Positions 11,867 to 25,900 are shown, counted from the first letter of the stretch. The stretch: DNA of 64,000 nucleotides from Azolla caroliniana (GCA_043228905.1 JBHGNT010000012.1:9362001-9426000); one strand, 5' to 3'. Program-made: numbers and translations. Notes: generated by a model not told the origin, from the sequence alone.

Positions 11867-13464
11867 CCGGTGAGCCAACTTTCGATAACCAAAAGCAAGT
11901 AATCTTGGGACCGGCACGAGTGCAAGCAACACAGGTCTTCGGCATGCCCTTGGATTCCCACGTTATCGATAGCATACATGAGGACTTGAAGACAGATGCT
12001 TTCGCCCTAGCCATTCTAGCACAATTTGATCCCTCTCGAGCATCTTGTTCACAGTCGCAACAACCACGTACGGACTATCGACAATTCGAATGTCATGATG
12101 GATTACTATTCTTTAAGAAACTCTTGTATGTTCCTAATGGTTCTTGCCGCCTTCGAGTATTCCAAAACTGTCATGACACATATACAGCTGGGCATTTTGG
12201 TAGTACTAAGACATTAGATTTAGTACAACAACAGGTGGCCCTGTATGCGACAATTTGTCGAAATTTTGTTTGGGATTGTGATACATGTTGTAGAGCAAAA
12301 TGCCAAGGCATCATCCATATGGTTTATTAGAACCATTACCAATTCCAAGAAAGCCGTGGCAATCCATTGCTCTAGATTTCATCACATATCTTCCAATCTC
12401 TAAGGGATTCAATGTGATTTTAACAGTAGTAGATCGATATACGAAGATGGCTCATTTCCTGCCATGTACTAAGGAAATCTCTAGTGAAGAAACCACCGAA
12501 ATTGTCATGCGTGAAGTATGTCGGCATCATGGCCTTCCTGATAATATCATCAGCGACCATGGACCCCAGTTCGTCTCGAAATTCTGGAAGCACCTTTTCA
12601 AAATGCTCAAGGTCACTTGTAACCTCTCCTCCGGGTTCCACCCGCAAACCGGCGGCCAAGCAAAACGAACAAATCAAACAGTGGAGCAGTATCTTCGGTG
12701 CTTTCTAAGCTATCATCAAGATGACTGGGTGGATATTCTCCACTTCACCGAACTTGCCTATAATAACTCTGTCCACTCATTGACTAAAGTTACACCATTT
12801 TATGCTTATACGGGTTGTCACCCCCGGTGATGTGTATTTGAAACCCTAGACTTACCCACAAATCCTTGCTCAGAGGATCGTTTGGAGCTGTTACGCAAGG
12901 TACAAGCTGATTTATCTACTCATCTACAACAAGCTCAACAAACACACAAGGTTTACGCGGATCGTCATCGGCTTCCATCCAGTTTTAACATTGGAGATTG
13001 GGTATGGCTACTACGACGACACATCAAGACTACTAGCTCATGCGAGAAGTTGGATTATCGGCGATTAGGTTCTTTCCATATTATCGAAAAGATTAATGAT
13101 GTTGCTTTTCGTCTCGATCTACCCCCGCAACTTCGCATACATCTGGCATTTCATAGTTCTCTCCTCGAACCCTATCAAGACAGCACCATCCCAGGACGTA
13201 TTCCACAACCTCCACCCCCGATCGAACTTGAAGATGGACCTAAGTACGAGGTTCCCGCCATCCTCGATTCCAAGATTGTTTGCAACAAGCTCTACTATTT
13301 AGTTGATTGGCTAGGATATAGTCCCAGCAAACGTACTTGGGAACCAATAGGGAATGTGACCAATGCTCGTGCTCTTCTTGAAGACTTCCATCGTCAATAT
13401 CCAGATAAACCAGGTCCTCAATCCATAACAACTCGTGACACTCATCGTTTTAAAGGGGGGATAG

Positions 13465-13867
13465 TGTCGTGATATGGCAAGACTCAAACCCATGACCTTA
13501 TGTTACATGAGTTGAGATATTGACCATTACACTATCTATTGTAATACATAGGATATTATTTTTATTTAAGTTTTACTATAGAAAATTAATGTATATTCTA
13601 GATTTCTCTAGAACATTCTAGAAGCTTCAGGACTACTCCTGAGAACACTATAAAAGGAGGCACAAGGCATTATTTCGAACCAAATCGGTTCAACGCCAGT
13701 CTTAACCCTCCTAGCATTCCTTGTATATTCTTCTCACATAATATATTGTTGTCATCATCATTTTCTCTCCCTTGATATCTTATTCTCTCTCTCCTTCTCT
13801 CGAGTGTTCTACACCCTCTATTCCTCTTAGTACTAATTTCTTCTTTGTCTCAGTACTATTCCTGACA
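13465..13867 (+). repeat. 3' LTR of element A
   Basis: Follows the PPT; TGTC...GACA ends; TATAAAA at 13649. Confidence 0.8.
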
Positions 13868-15595
13868 GTGACTTGCCTATGCTTTTCCGTAAGCCTGTGC
13901 GCTCTTTCGTTCATCTCAGAATCTTTCGTTCGCGAAATGAAACTCCTTTGTTTGTCCGGAATTTTTGTGCCCCCATTTTTTGCAACCACCACTTCTTGAT
14001 TCCCGCGCATGCATGTCGTGTATCATAATAGCATGATTATGCCGCGTGGTGTGCTTTAAATGGCTGAGGTCACACCTTTTCATTGTGACCATTCAAAATC
14101 TCGAATATTATCTTTCTTATTTTTTCTTTCTTTTTTTCGTACTATTATTATCATGATACGGCTCTTTATTTTTATTTTTTTGTATGGTCATCCGCTAGTA
14201 CCCGATTGTACCAGCTCCATTTTCATCAGACTTTCACTGGTTCGTGGTCCTTCTTCGGCTCTCTAGGTTCACCGTTGCTCCGATGTTTTGAACAGATTCA
14301 CCGGCATCGGTGCTTTGTAAGGTTTCAGCCGGTTTACCCATTTCTCCAGTACTTCCCCGGCTAACATCCCAAGTTGGTAGGATCCCTTGAACTCCCTTGT
14401 GATCCAGAACGGTCTGGTCCACCGGAACCACAGCTTCCCCGGCATGCTACCCATCCGGGTCTGAAATACTAATACCGGTTTGCCGATGCCGAAGTCCTTC
14501 TCATTTCCTCGCCTCTACCGATCCACAAAAGCTTTATGTCGGAATTGCTCAAGCGCCAATTGCAACAAACTAACTATCAGGTGTTCCTCTAATTCACACA
14601 ATGTCACCAACTGGATCCTTTCAGATTCCTTCTCGCTCAATCGCTCCTGGACTTGTATCCACAAACTGGGAATCTGAAATTCCATGGGCATGACCGCCTC
14701 TAGACCGAAGGCTAACCGAAATGGTGTTGTTCGGATACTCGTTTTATACGTCGTCCGGTAAGCCCATAGTTCGCTATGTAATTTGGTGTTCCAATTCGTC
14801 CGGTTCTCCTTAACAAATTTCCGGAGGATGTTTTGAAGCGGCTTGTTTGTTGATTCCGCCAATCCGTTTGCCTACAGATAATATGGTGTTCTCCGTTTGT
14901 GAACCACCGCATAGAATGTAGTCAAGTTCTCCAAAACATGACCGAGGAAATGTCCTCCTTGGTCGCTAATCAACTCGATCGGGCACCCATACTGGCACCA
15001 TATATACTTGTATAGAAACTTGGTCGTTGATGCCGCGGTGTTGTCCCAGAGCGCCTTTGCCTCCATCCATTTAGTGCAATAGTCTGTGGCTACTATAATA
15101 TATCGGTTTCTGGTATGCATTGTCGACGGCTTGAATGGTTCCACAAAGTCTAACCCCCACTTTTGGAAAGGTTCCAATGGCAGGACTGGTTGATGTGGCA
15201 TTCGAACCTGCTCCAATGGTTGACCCAATCATTGGCATAGATCACACTCTTTGTAGTACCGGACTGCATCCTTGAGAGTTGTTGGCCACCATAACCCACT
15301 TCGCCATATTTTCCGGGCGATGGCATCTCTAGCATAGTGCCCTCCTGCCACTCCGCAGTGAGCCTCGCGTAATATTGCTTCCTTCTCATCACTCCTCACT
15401 GGGCATCGCCAGATACCATCAGCTCCCTTATGGTATAGTGTATCCTGAACCAAGCAAAAATGTCGGCTTTGGACGGCAAGGCGTTTGCGTTCATCCCAGC
15501 TCAACTCTTTCGGAGGTAATCCGAAACTCAGAAACTAGTGCATGGTCGTGAGCCACTTGCCTTCACCAGCCATTGTCTCGTCTACCGTCGTCTAC
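13868..15595 (-). mobile_element. Non-chromovirus (Athila/Tat-like) Ty3/gypsy fragment: integrase and 3' region
   Basis: Integrase zinc-binding region EAHCGVAGGHY...GLWWPT...CDLCQ (15229-15504), core WGLDFV...ISDQGGHF (14872-15228), WAYRTTYKTSIRTTPFRLAFG (14515-14862). Broken by stops. Confidence 0.85.
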
Positions 15596-16225
15596 CATTG
15601 ACCAAGTCACCGGCAAGTGGTGCAGTGCATGACATGTCTAAACCCCGGTCACTCATCATTAGAATGCACAATGAGGATGCACTGTGCTTTATGCCATTCG
15701 CAGGACCACACAATTGACTGATGTGAGTATAACCTTCTTAATCGACTAGTGGCCTCGGTTCGACAAATTGAGCCCTGAGAAGAATGGAACTCGGAGGAAG
15801 ACCAATTCTAGTCAGATGAACGGTTCTAAAGGAATAACCGATATCGACAGGAGGAACGATGCAAATATCCAAAGGACTCTCAAAGGGGACGGTATGTGAG
15901 GGATTACTCCCCTTATTACGATCGGGAAAGATGACATGATTCAAGATACGTGGGGCGGCACTGATACGAGGATCAGTGAAGGGGTTTTGACCCAAGGCGC
16001 GAAAACATCAATCAGCAGAGCAAAGGCTGCTACTTGCCATAGGACAACAAAAGAGCGATTGAGGATAGAAGGAAACCTCCAAATTCCAAATCATTCCAAC
16101 ACAACCTAGGAAGCCGAAAGAACCGGCATGGACAGGCTCCGGAACACAACCAGTACTAATAGAAAAAGGAGAGATGAGTGCATCACGAAAACTGTACTAC
16201 TACTTTTGCCGACAAGAAGGACATT

Positions 16226-18272
16226 ACAAGATTGTTTCACGCCCTATGTCGGAATCGGCTTTCACGCCCTTCGTGAACATGGCCGATTTCATCTCGTGTG
16301 AGTCGAGAATGAACATTCGGCCCTCTCTTCGTCCGCGAGCGATGAGTCGGCCCTCTTTTTCGATGAAGCAACCGCCTTGATTAAATCGTATTTGCATTCC
16401 TTGCTCTACAATTTGGCCGACGGAGACCAAATTCTTCGTGATAGTTGGTACATGCAAGACATTTTTAATAGAAGTTTGCTTACCTTCTTCTCCGAACGGA
16501 ACATTGCCGATGCGCCGAATCGGGTGCGTAGTGTCGTCTCCGATTTTGACATAGCCGGGTCGGTCTGACTCTCGAAGTTCTCGAAACCATTCTTGATGCG
16601 ACGTCATATGGTTCGACGTACCGGAATCGACGAACCATATGTCTTCCAGACCGGAGACACTAGTGGAAGTAGAGGCCGACATAGAATTCGCACTATGTCT
16701 CATCACGAACATTCCGCCGCGATCATCATAATCGGAGTTGATGGCGTAGTTGGTGAGTTGTCGGCTAGTGGAAGACGACTCGCGTATCTTCTTACGGCAT
16801 TCTTCTTCATGGTGACCGATTTTTCCGCAATATCCGCATTCGACCGAGCTTTGTCGGTTCGGACCGGAATGGATGCTCCCCCTTCTTCCGAAGGTTCCTC
16901 AATGGCTTCCGTCTTGATGCTGAAATTGCGAGTTGTTTTCGTAAATCGGGCCTTGTTTGCCTCGTCCGCCACGTCCTTGGCCGAATCGGCCTCTTTTTGC
17001 ACGGCCGCGCCCTCTTCCTCCGTCCGAATGCGTGTAGAGCATTTGGCCTTCCGAGGCGTTGTTCCTTGTTTGAACATGATTCTCTTCGACCAACAACATG
17101 GATTGAAGATCGAAGATGGAGGGCAGATTCTCCCGTTCTAGTACAACGGTCCGCATCGCGCCGAATCGTGGTGCAAGGTTGCCGAGACATACTTGCACCA
17201 TCTCATCATCCTCCACGAAGCTCCTTGATCGAGCCGAACGAATCACAAAGCTCCTTGATCTTCAAGGTGTAGCTCGTGACAGACATATCCCTTTGTTGGA
17301 TATTATTCAACTCTTGGCGAAGTTGAAGCTTTCTCACGGTAGTGTTGGCGGCGAAAATCTTTCGTAGATTCTCCCATGCTTCCTTCGGCATCTTGGCTTC
17401 TCAAATGTACCCGAGCATGTGGTCGTGAACACATGTCGCCAAGCAATACATTACTTGGCTTGCCGCTTGTTCCCATGTTGCATAGTCTGTGTCTTCCGGG
17501 TTGGGCCGATTTTCTTGTGCTCCTTTGATGTAGCTCCAATAGCCTTGGCCGACAAGGTATTGGTGCATCTTGTACTCCCAAGATGCAAAGTTGTTGCGAT
17601 CCAACTTTCGCTAAGGAGAGCGCTCCCCATTTGAGTATTCATTGTCGATGTAGATTTCTTCCTTCTTTTCTTTTCCTTCTCTCTCGAACACGAGCTATGT
17701 AGTCGCACTACGATAGCGATGAGCCGGTTCTTCTTGAACGTCGGCGTAGAGCACAACACACGATCACGATGAGGCGAGTGGGCTAGATCGAGCTACCAAA
17801 TCGCTTTGATACCATGTAAAGAATCGGGTATGATTCTTGTGTAGCGGAAGATATGTGTGTTATGTGTATGTGTGAGAGGAATTCGAGAAGAGATGAGAGA
17901 ACACTAGATAGATAGACAAGAGAAATCAAATACTCAAGAAGAAGGTGTATATTTCACAAGTAGAATAAGAATTACAAAATGTAGCATGATAAGGAGTCAC
18001 AACCGACTTAGTATGAAGTATGAGGAGGGTGCTTTATATAGAGTCACCCTCTCTCTTCATTAACTTTACAACAACCACTCTTTCTCTTGGGGAATGTGAA
18101 GACTCATAGTCATGGGGAATATGTAACTCATTAGTTATGTGTCATAGAATATGAATCTATGACACATAGTTAATGTGTAGAGAGTAGTGGTGTGACTCTT
18201 GACCTTTGAGTAATCATAGATTCTCAAAATGTGTGTTCACACGTTGTGCTATGTTGAGCTTGATTCTCAACA
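16226..18272 (-). mobile_element. Ty1/copia element, 5' part (5' LTR, iMet PBS, gag, protease), truncated
   Basis: LTR 17815-18272 (TG...CA); PBS TGGTATCAAAGC at 17803-17814; gag pieces 16899-17640; protease WFVDSGTSNHMT (16224-16712). Confidence 0.9.
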
Positions 18273-18534
18273 AGGTGAAACAACTATTTAGCTATGGACA
18301 GCTAATTAGTGGCATGTATAAGTCACTTATAACTTAGGTAAAAAGAAAGTGTAGTAAGTTGTAAGAGTGAGAGAGTAGAGAGTTGTAAGAAAAACAGAAA
18401 ACAGACGAGAGCGACTTGAGCTCTGCGTGTAATGGAATAGAAGCTTTTGTTTTGCTATAGAGGTAAGTCTCCTTCCCCCCTTTCCTTTTTGTCTTGAGCA
18501 CTATACGATCCAACACATCACGATCCACTGTTCA

Positions 18535-19437
18535 CACAGAAGAGCCGTAGTGCCTTCGTAACAGCTAGCACATGCTAAGCTGTCCAATACATTTTGGACT
18601 GAGGCGCTGATGACAACATTGTACGTGATTAATAGATCACTCTCACCACCCTTGGACGGAGATGTTCCACAAAGGGTGTGGACCGGCAAAAATGCGTCAT
18701 ACCGACACCTGAAGGTGTTCAGCTATCTTGCTTATGTGCATGTGGCTAAGGACCAAAAGGGAAAATTAGACCCAAAATCTTGGCCATGCACATTTCTCGG
18801 TTACGGCGATGACGAATTCGGCTATCGACTGTGGGATTAGTCGACAAGAAGGTCATTTGCAGCCGAGACATAGTCTTCATGGAGGAGAAGACTATTGTCG
18901 ACAGGGAGAAGGAGTCGATAGTCGACTGAAGAACATGGAGAGCCGAAGGAGAAGAGGAAGATCCTAGCAAGCTGATTGAGTAAATCAGAGGAAGATGATA
19001 CCCTTTGAGAGAAACAAGTGGGTGTATAAGTTGAAGCTGGGAGATGGCGGGAATCCACCCAGATATAAAGCCCGAATCGTCGTAAAGGGTTTTCAACAGA
19101 AGAAGGGGTGTCAATTTCGACGAAATATTTGCCCCGGTAGTGAAAATGACGTCCATCCAAACAATGTTGAGCATAGCGGCCAACATGGATCTAGAAGTCG
19201 AACAAATGGACATTAAGGCGACATTTCTGCATGGGGATTTAGAAGAAGAAATCTATATGTAGCACCTGGAAGGATTCGCCGAGAAGGGGAAAGAGAACTT
19301 GGTATGCCGGTTGAGGAAGAGCCTCTATGGATTGAAGCAGGCTCCCCGGCAAATGGTACAGGAAGTTCAAATCCTTCATGGCTGATCAAGGGTACCACAA
19401 AACACAAGTCGACCACTGTGTGTTTGTGAGGAAGTTT
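18535..19437 (+). mobile_element. Ty1/copia (Tnt1/Tork-like) integrase-RT fragment with internal deletion
   Basis: FWTEALMTTLYVINRSLS...FLGYGDDEFGYRLWD; NKWVYKLK, RYKARIVVKGF, QMDIKATFLHGDLEEEIY and SLYGLKQAP motifs. Confidence 0.85.
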
Positions 19438-19914
19438 TAAGTTTTAGGTTTTTAGCAATTGGAAGTTTAGGTTTTTTTTGAGTAATTTTATGCATCATTT
19501 TCATGGCAATATTTGTTGTATACTTACAGTTTTTGGGAGTTTTTGATGTTTGTTTATAAGTTGGGCTCCTGGTGATAGAGGATGTCAGATAGCGAATGAG
19601 GCTCCTTTTGACAGAGTCGGGCTCCTGGTGATAGACGCTGGCAACTTTTTGTCCATATCAGACGGTGGAGATCGCATGTGCCATCAGCTGTGCAACCTAC
19701 ACCGTCCGCGCCCGCGATTCCCTCACTCGCCCTCTTTAATTTTTGGTACTAGTTAGACACGCGCATTCAGAGAGAGGGGGGGGGGGGTACATGATACATC
19801 TTACCCCAAACTATGACTAACTCATCGGTTTTTCTCGTTTTTCCTGGGACAGTTCTTGTCCGCTGTGTGTGAACGCCATTGTTGGCAGTTCGAGCTTCCT
19901 TCGCAAGAGAGACA

Positions 19915-19985
19915 GACAGGCAGACATACAGAAGCAGAAGCAGAGGCAGAGACAGAGACAGAGACAGAGACAGAGACAGAGACAG
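19915..19985 (+). repeat. (GCAGAA)/(GAGACA)n hexamer microsatellite directly upstream of the CFAP43 ATG
   Basis: Visible tandem run ending at the ATG at 19986. Confidence 0.85.
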
Positions 19986-22900
19986 ATGGATCAGAAATTC
20001 AAGATAATGTAGAACCCTAAAACGAACTCATCTCTTTCCTTTCTTAATGCAACCTTTTTTTTGTTCTTCCTTTTCTCCATACTTCATTATCATCATCTCT
20101 TTCTTTCTTCTTACTGTCGCCCTTTTTTTCCCCTTTTTTTGCATTGAAATAGTTATGGAATTGGATACCAGGGGAGCACGCTACATGTCATTGATGATTC
20201 TTCAGCTTTGGCTATTTGTGGAAATTCTATAAGCTCTTATAGCTTTGCGAAAGGATTAAGTACGCCTCTTCTATTGGGTTCCAGATTTGGCATTTCTGTA
20301 TCTTCTTTCGATCCATTGAACCAGCGGATTGCATATGCTGAAAAGGTATTTTTTTGTATATAGTGAGAAACAAGTCTGTATGTGTTTTTCTTCAACATTA
20401 TCAATCCAAAGCAAGGTCTTCTCCTACCGTATTGTCAGATTAGTCTAGACATTGAACTTTATTGATTTTTTTGTCTGTTTGAAAATGAATGGAGATCTAT
20501 GTGTCTCCCAAGTTTCAATGGAAAACATGTTTGTATGTGTGCGTCTCGGATACTATCAATACAAGACAAGGTTTTTGTGAGGAATGATACTAGAGATGTG
20601 CAGAAACTAAACATAAAATCACCAACAAAGGTTCTTATGGTTAATTTTAATGCCATTGATGTTAGATTAGAGTATACTTTCTACGGAGAAATTAAAATGA
20701 AAATCACTGACAAGGATTCCTACGGGTAGTCTTCATTGTCATCTACGAGTAAAAGTTGTGCTGGGAAGTCTGAATGCTGTCAATTCTTGATTAGAGAGTT
20801 ATTTGATTAGAGTATACTTTTAATGGGCTATTTGATTAGTATATCTTTAATGAGTTATTTTAGTTATTTGGGTGAGAGCACAGTTTGTAACGTTATCTTC
20901 ATCTTTAGATAAGCATGTCAGATAAGGGTTAACAATAAACTTGAAATCACCTACAAATGTTCTAATGGGTAGTCTTATGCCATCAATGTTATATCAGAGT
21001 ATACCTTTAATCGGAGAGGGGCTTAGTGCCATCAATGATGTACTAGGGTATATCTTTAATTGTCATGTAAGTGGGTACATTGTTCATAATGTTACTCTAG
21101 ATAAGACATAAGGAAGCACCAGGCTCACTAAGAATATAATCTAGATTCTGTTACTCATGAACTCAGCTATACCATCTATTGTACATGTTATAGGGACTCC
21201 ATCCCTCTGTGTATCTGTATCATTCTACAAAGAAACAGCTGCTTTGCAAGATTTCAGGTTTTGCTTTGCCTTCGTGGTTACAATCAATGACGTTGAATCG
21301 ATTGGGAGATGTGGTCTCTGATTTAAGTTTCGCTACTTTTTCTGTAGATATTGCAGAAGTTGAGGTTTCAGCCATTGCATTCTCAAAAGATGGTCATAAG
21401 CTTATCACTGCTTCCTCTGAGCCTGATTTTAGATTGGTGAGCTTTTGTTTTTCTCAATCAAGGTTTCTGTTTCCTCAGTAACATATATCTTTTTAATCAA
21501 TCCTTTGCAGTGCCTTTGGGATCTGCGAGATGAACAACCATCGAAAATTGCAGAAGGTCATTTGGATTCTGTTGTTGAGTTTGCTAGTTTTAACCCTGCA
21601 AACTCTGACCAAATATGTGTTAGTGGATCTGGATCTATGTCCCTATGGACATATGAGCACAATTTCCAGGTAACGGTATCTGTATGTAATATCGTGATCT
21701 CATAATAAGGGTGAGAGTATCTTCGAATGACAATATTTTATATGTGAAATACAGCGAATAACATTTACTTGCAAAGGTTTCTTTCCAAGACCATATGAAC
21801 CACATTGTCATGTATGGTCAGAAGATGGGAAAATGATTTATATAGGTTGTCTGAAAGGTGAAGTTCTTTCATACAACTCAACATTGATTCCGCAGATGAG
21901 TTCTACAGATGATGAATCTGAACCGTCTTTTCTCCAACAACTTGTTGAAGGAAACTTTAAAACATCTGTGGATGCAAATACTTTTTCAGTCTCTGAGAAT
22001 AATGATAGATGGCAATTGTTGAGAGTATCACAAGCCATGGAGAAGATCACCTCCATATGTCTAGGTCAGCTGCATCTCGTGATTGTGGATGTAGAAGGAC
22101 ATGTGTGCTGGTTATCACTGCTACCTGCAAAGAGCAAAGAGAAAGGGAATATAGTGTTTTCAGACATTAATAGCGTTGACATGGAATCTTGCACAACAGA
22201 TAGAAGTTCTACATCTGGGGAAACTATTAATACTGTAACTGAAAATTTATCACGTGGTCAGGCTAGAAATTGTGTGGGTTTTGAAATGAGGGCAACGGGA
22301 AACACTGCATCAATGGTCATTTATTCCATGAATCTGGAAGTTACACAAGTTACAAATATGACATATACAATAGAGCAAACAAAGCTTGTAATTGGTGCAG
22401 CAAGTGGATGCATCATCATAGTAAGAGTCAACAAGCAAGGTTTACTATCAATGATTTCTGGAAAGTCTGGCGCAGCTCTTGCAGAAAGTTTGGCTATAAT
22501 TGAATGGAGAAGTGCGTATCATTATGGTCCAATTCTTGGATTTGCTACCCTTGGGTGAGATGCAATTTTTGCAGTTTCTTTTGTGTCCTAGTATGTTGCT
22601 GTATATCTCATTGATAGAGGTAAATGATTGTCACTTAGGTATAGCTATATTACAAAACTGTTGTTTTCCACTTCTTCTCAATAGAGATGGAGAATGTTTC
22701 TTTTGCATCATGGGTATGTTTATGTAGATTTCATTGATAGATATGCATAGATAGCATGAGGATATTCCTAAATTTGCATTAAGCCTTTTTTTCCCTTTTC
22801 TGATTGATAGAAATGGAAAATTTGTTCTAACTTCTGGTCAAGATGGGACTGTACGTGTGTGGGAGGCTGATCGTGGAAAAGAGCTTTCTCGCCACTGCTT

Positions 22901-25900
22901 CAAATCTCCTCAGCTATGCATAGATAGTCATGAAGGATCGGTAAGTTTGGAAAGCATTTTTCAATTCTGAAACTGTTTCACTTTCTGATAACAAAAATAT
23001 ATAATAAGTCTTTGGGATTGAAGCACAGTTATATTAGCGATTTTTTGTTTTTTGATATCATTTTAAGATGTGATTTCTTGTTTGATCTTATAGGTCATTT
23101 CAACTCTTAAAAGACGTTAATATATCATTCATTCTTTCTTTTTAATGACCTTAGTTTATCTTTTATAATATTCTTTTGCTATTTGTGGCTATCTTGCATG
23201 GCTATTCTTCTTTGAAAGCTCACTATGCTTCTCTTTTATAAAGCGCATTTATCTTATATAGAGGAACACCTTAACCCAATTGAAAAGGAACCTAAAAAAC
23301 CACATACAGAAAACTTATAACTTATTACCTTCATTGAGTTATCATACAGAAAACTTATATGTTCACATGAAAGAGGCCTGGAAGACTTGCTGCTCTCATA
23401 TTCTTGGCATATGACATAAATTTATTATTTGGATCTACTGTTTGCAAATGAATATTGAAATAAAATCTAAGGTTGATGATTTTTAAAGTCAATTCTTTTT
23501 TTTATGTAGAATAAATGTATAGAGTAATTTGTTTTGTGTCAAGACGAATGAATTATAATATATGTATCTGTCCATTTGGAAAACTAATTGTCCCTTCAAA
23601 TTTTTGATAGTTTTGTTTGTTCTTTCATACAGAACACAGCTGTAACAGGTTCACAAAATGGAAATTTGTACATGTTTAAAGTGGACTCCATGGGACGCTC
23701 CGCTATTGTTTTTCAGAATAAACTTCATATTTCTGCGATCGATAAGGTAAACACTAATTTTAATAAATTCGATGAGGGTTTCTAAAGATGGCGGAAGACT
23801 AGTTGAAAACAGATTTGAACAATCCTAGACATGGGGGATGTCTGCAAGATTCTATTTTGTACACGAGTTTGGAGAAAGTCTCATGCATTATTTATTTGAA
23901 TTTCCCTTGAAGTCTTTCACATTACGACATAAGAACCTTGGTTATTATATACACTTATACCTCATACCTAATTAAAGCACCATTAAGGTCTTTGTCTTTA
24001 TATTTACTTAGTAATATTTATTTTATTTTGATTTGTTGTTTCCAAAGACAAGACAACACTTAAGATGTAATCTCTTGTTTGGTCTTATAGGCCATTTTGG
24101 CCTCTTAAAAGAAGTTAATTTGTCTGTTTGTCTTTCTTTCTTTCTTTACATTTATATTTATCGAGTAATATTTATTTTATTTTGATTTGTTGATTTGTTG
24201 TTCCCAAAGACGAGACGACACTTAAGAGGTAATTTCTTGTTTGGTCTTATAGGCCATTTTGGCCTCTTAAAAGACGTTAATATATCTTTCTTTCTTTCTT
24301 TCTGCTACGTTTCTGTTACATAAAGGGATGGGGCAAACCAAAATGCATGTTCCATTAGATATCAAAGAGGGGAAGGTGACCTCTTATGCCATTTGATTAG
24401 ACGAGGTGAATTGTATGGGAGATGATATAAAAGAGCTTTGAAAGAGGAAATGCAAAAGGAGACATATTAGAAAACATAGTTGAATGCCTCTTTCAAGATT
24501 GAATTATTCGAAGCCATACAAAAAGACATCACAAGTTTTGTGAAGAAGTCAAACTTACAACACGAGGATGACATGGCGAAGTACCTAAAGATAACATGAA
24601 TGACTTGTTAGTTGAGTTGGAAACGAAAGCCGAGAAAACGATGCCATGAATTGCAGAACAAAATCAGGGCATTAGATATTGTTGAGAATGTGTGAACATG
24701 TGCTTATGAAGAAAAGGATGATGTGTGAAAAAGTGTGTGAGCACACTTTATTGTAATCCGGTGTTAATGTAGTCAAAGAATATTAGATATTCTTATGACA
24801 AAATTGTACTCAAGTTCGATTTTGTCATAAGAATATGAAGCTAATTGCAGATTCTAGAAAATTCTGTGAGCCGACACAGTATCGCCAAATAATTGGGAGA
24901 CTTATCTACCTAACTATCACCCGACCAGATCTTAGCTATCCGATTGGGGTTCTTAGTCAGTTCATGGAAACCCCCCGCGACACTCACATGGATTGTGCTA
25001 AGCGAGTGTTACGTTATATTAGTGGATCACTTAATTATGGTATCTTCTATAAGCGTGGAGCACCACTTCGACTTGAAGGCTTCACAGATGCTGATTGGGC
25101 AGGCAATGCATCTGATAGGTGATCCACTTCGGGATTTATGTTTTCACTTGGTAGTGGAGCAGTCTCTTGGAGTAGCAAGAAACAACCAACAATCGCTCTA
25201 TCGAGCACTGGGGCGGAGTGTAGGGATGCAGCTGTAGCTGCTTGCGAAGCTGTATGGCTTAAAAGACTGTTGAAAGACTTCAACGAATTGGTGAACAAGC
25301 CAATACTGATTCACTGTGATAATCTCAGCAGCATTCAGCTTGCAAAGAATCTGGTGTTTCACGCCCGGACTAAGCACATAGAGGTGCACTATACATCCGT
25401 GAGCGTATATTGGCCGGCGACATTGACCTCCAATACGTTGGCACCAACATGCAAGTGGCTGATATTTTCACTAAGGCGCTAGGTCTTGACAAGCTACGAC
25501 AATTCTCAGTGGATCTAGACCTTAGAACACTCGATATGATGAGCTTGGGGGAGAGTACAAGTACAAAGACGAATGAAAACATGGAGAATCAGCACCATAC
25601 AAGAGGAAGAGTGAGACCGGCATCGGCAAAGTAAGACCGACACATCTAACTCGACTTGACCCGGCAAGTTAGAGGAAGACTTTCCAAAGCTCGGAATTTT
25701 TTGAAGTTAGAGATAAACTCGACCCTGTAGGCACCCTTGACAAGCTTGAAATTTTGGATCAGCAAGATCGACATTGCTAGATCAAGATCGAGTACATAGG
25801 AACAATGGGAAAACCACAGTCTAGTAGTCCAACCAACTGTAATCAGGTCTTCAACTACACCAAAACAACCAAGCTTAAGAGGACACACAATTGACCTTGA

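Larger units (their letters stand above)
4123..13867 (+). mobile_element. Chromovirus (Tcn1-like Ty3/gypsy) element A: RT-RNaseH-integrase-chromodomain and 3' LTR, interrupted by a solo LTR and by element B
   Basis: RT 4123-4533 and 5235-5400 (YLDD), RNase H 5399-6085, integrase 11867-12830, chromodomain YEVPAILDSKIVCNKLYYLVDWLGYSPSKRTWEP in 12882-13472, PPT AAAGGGGGG 13452-13460, LTR 13465-13867. Frameshifts and stops present. Confidence 0.9.

Noticed and set aside
19800-19900. MYB/DUO1-like CNGTT motifs upstream of CFAP43
   Set aside because: Short, imperfect matches expected by chance.
20650-21060. Repeated TTAGAGTATACTTT motifs in intron 2
   Set aside because: Irregular, degenerate local duplications with no definable element ends.
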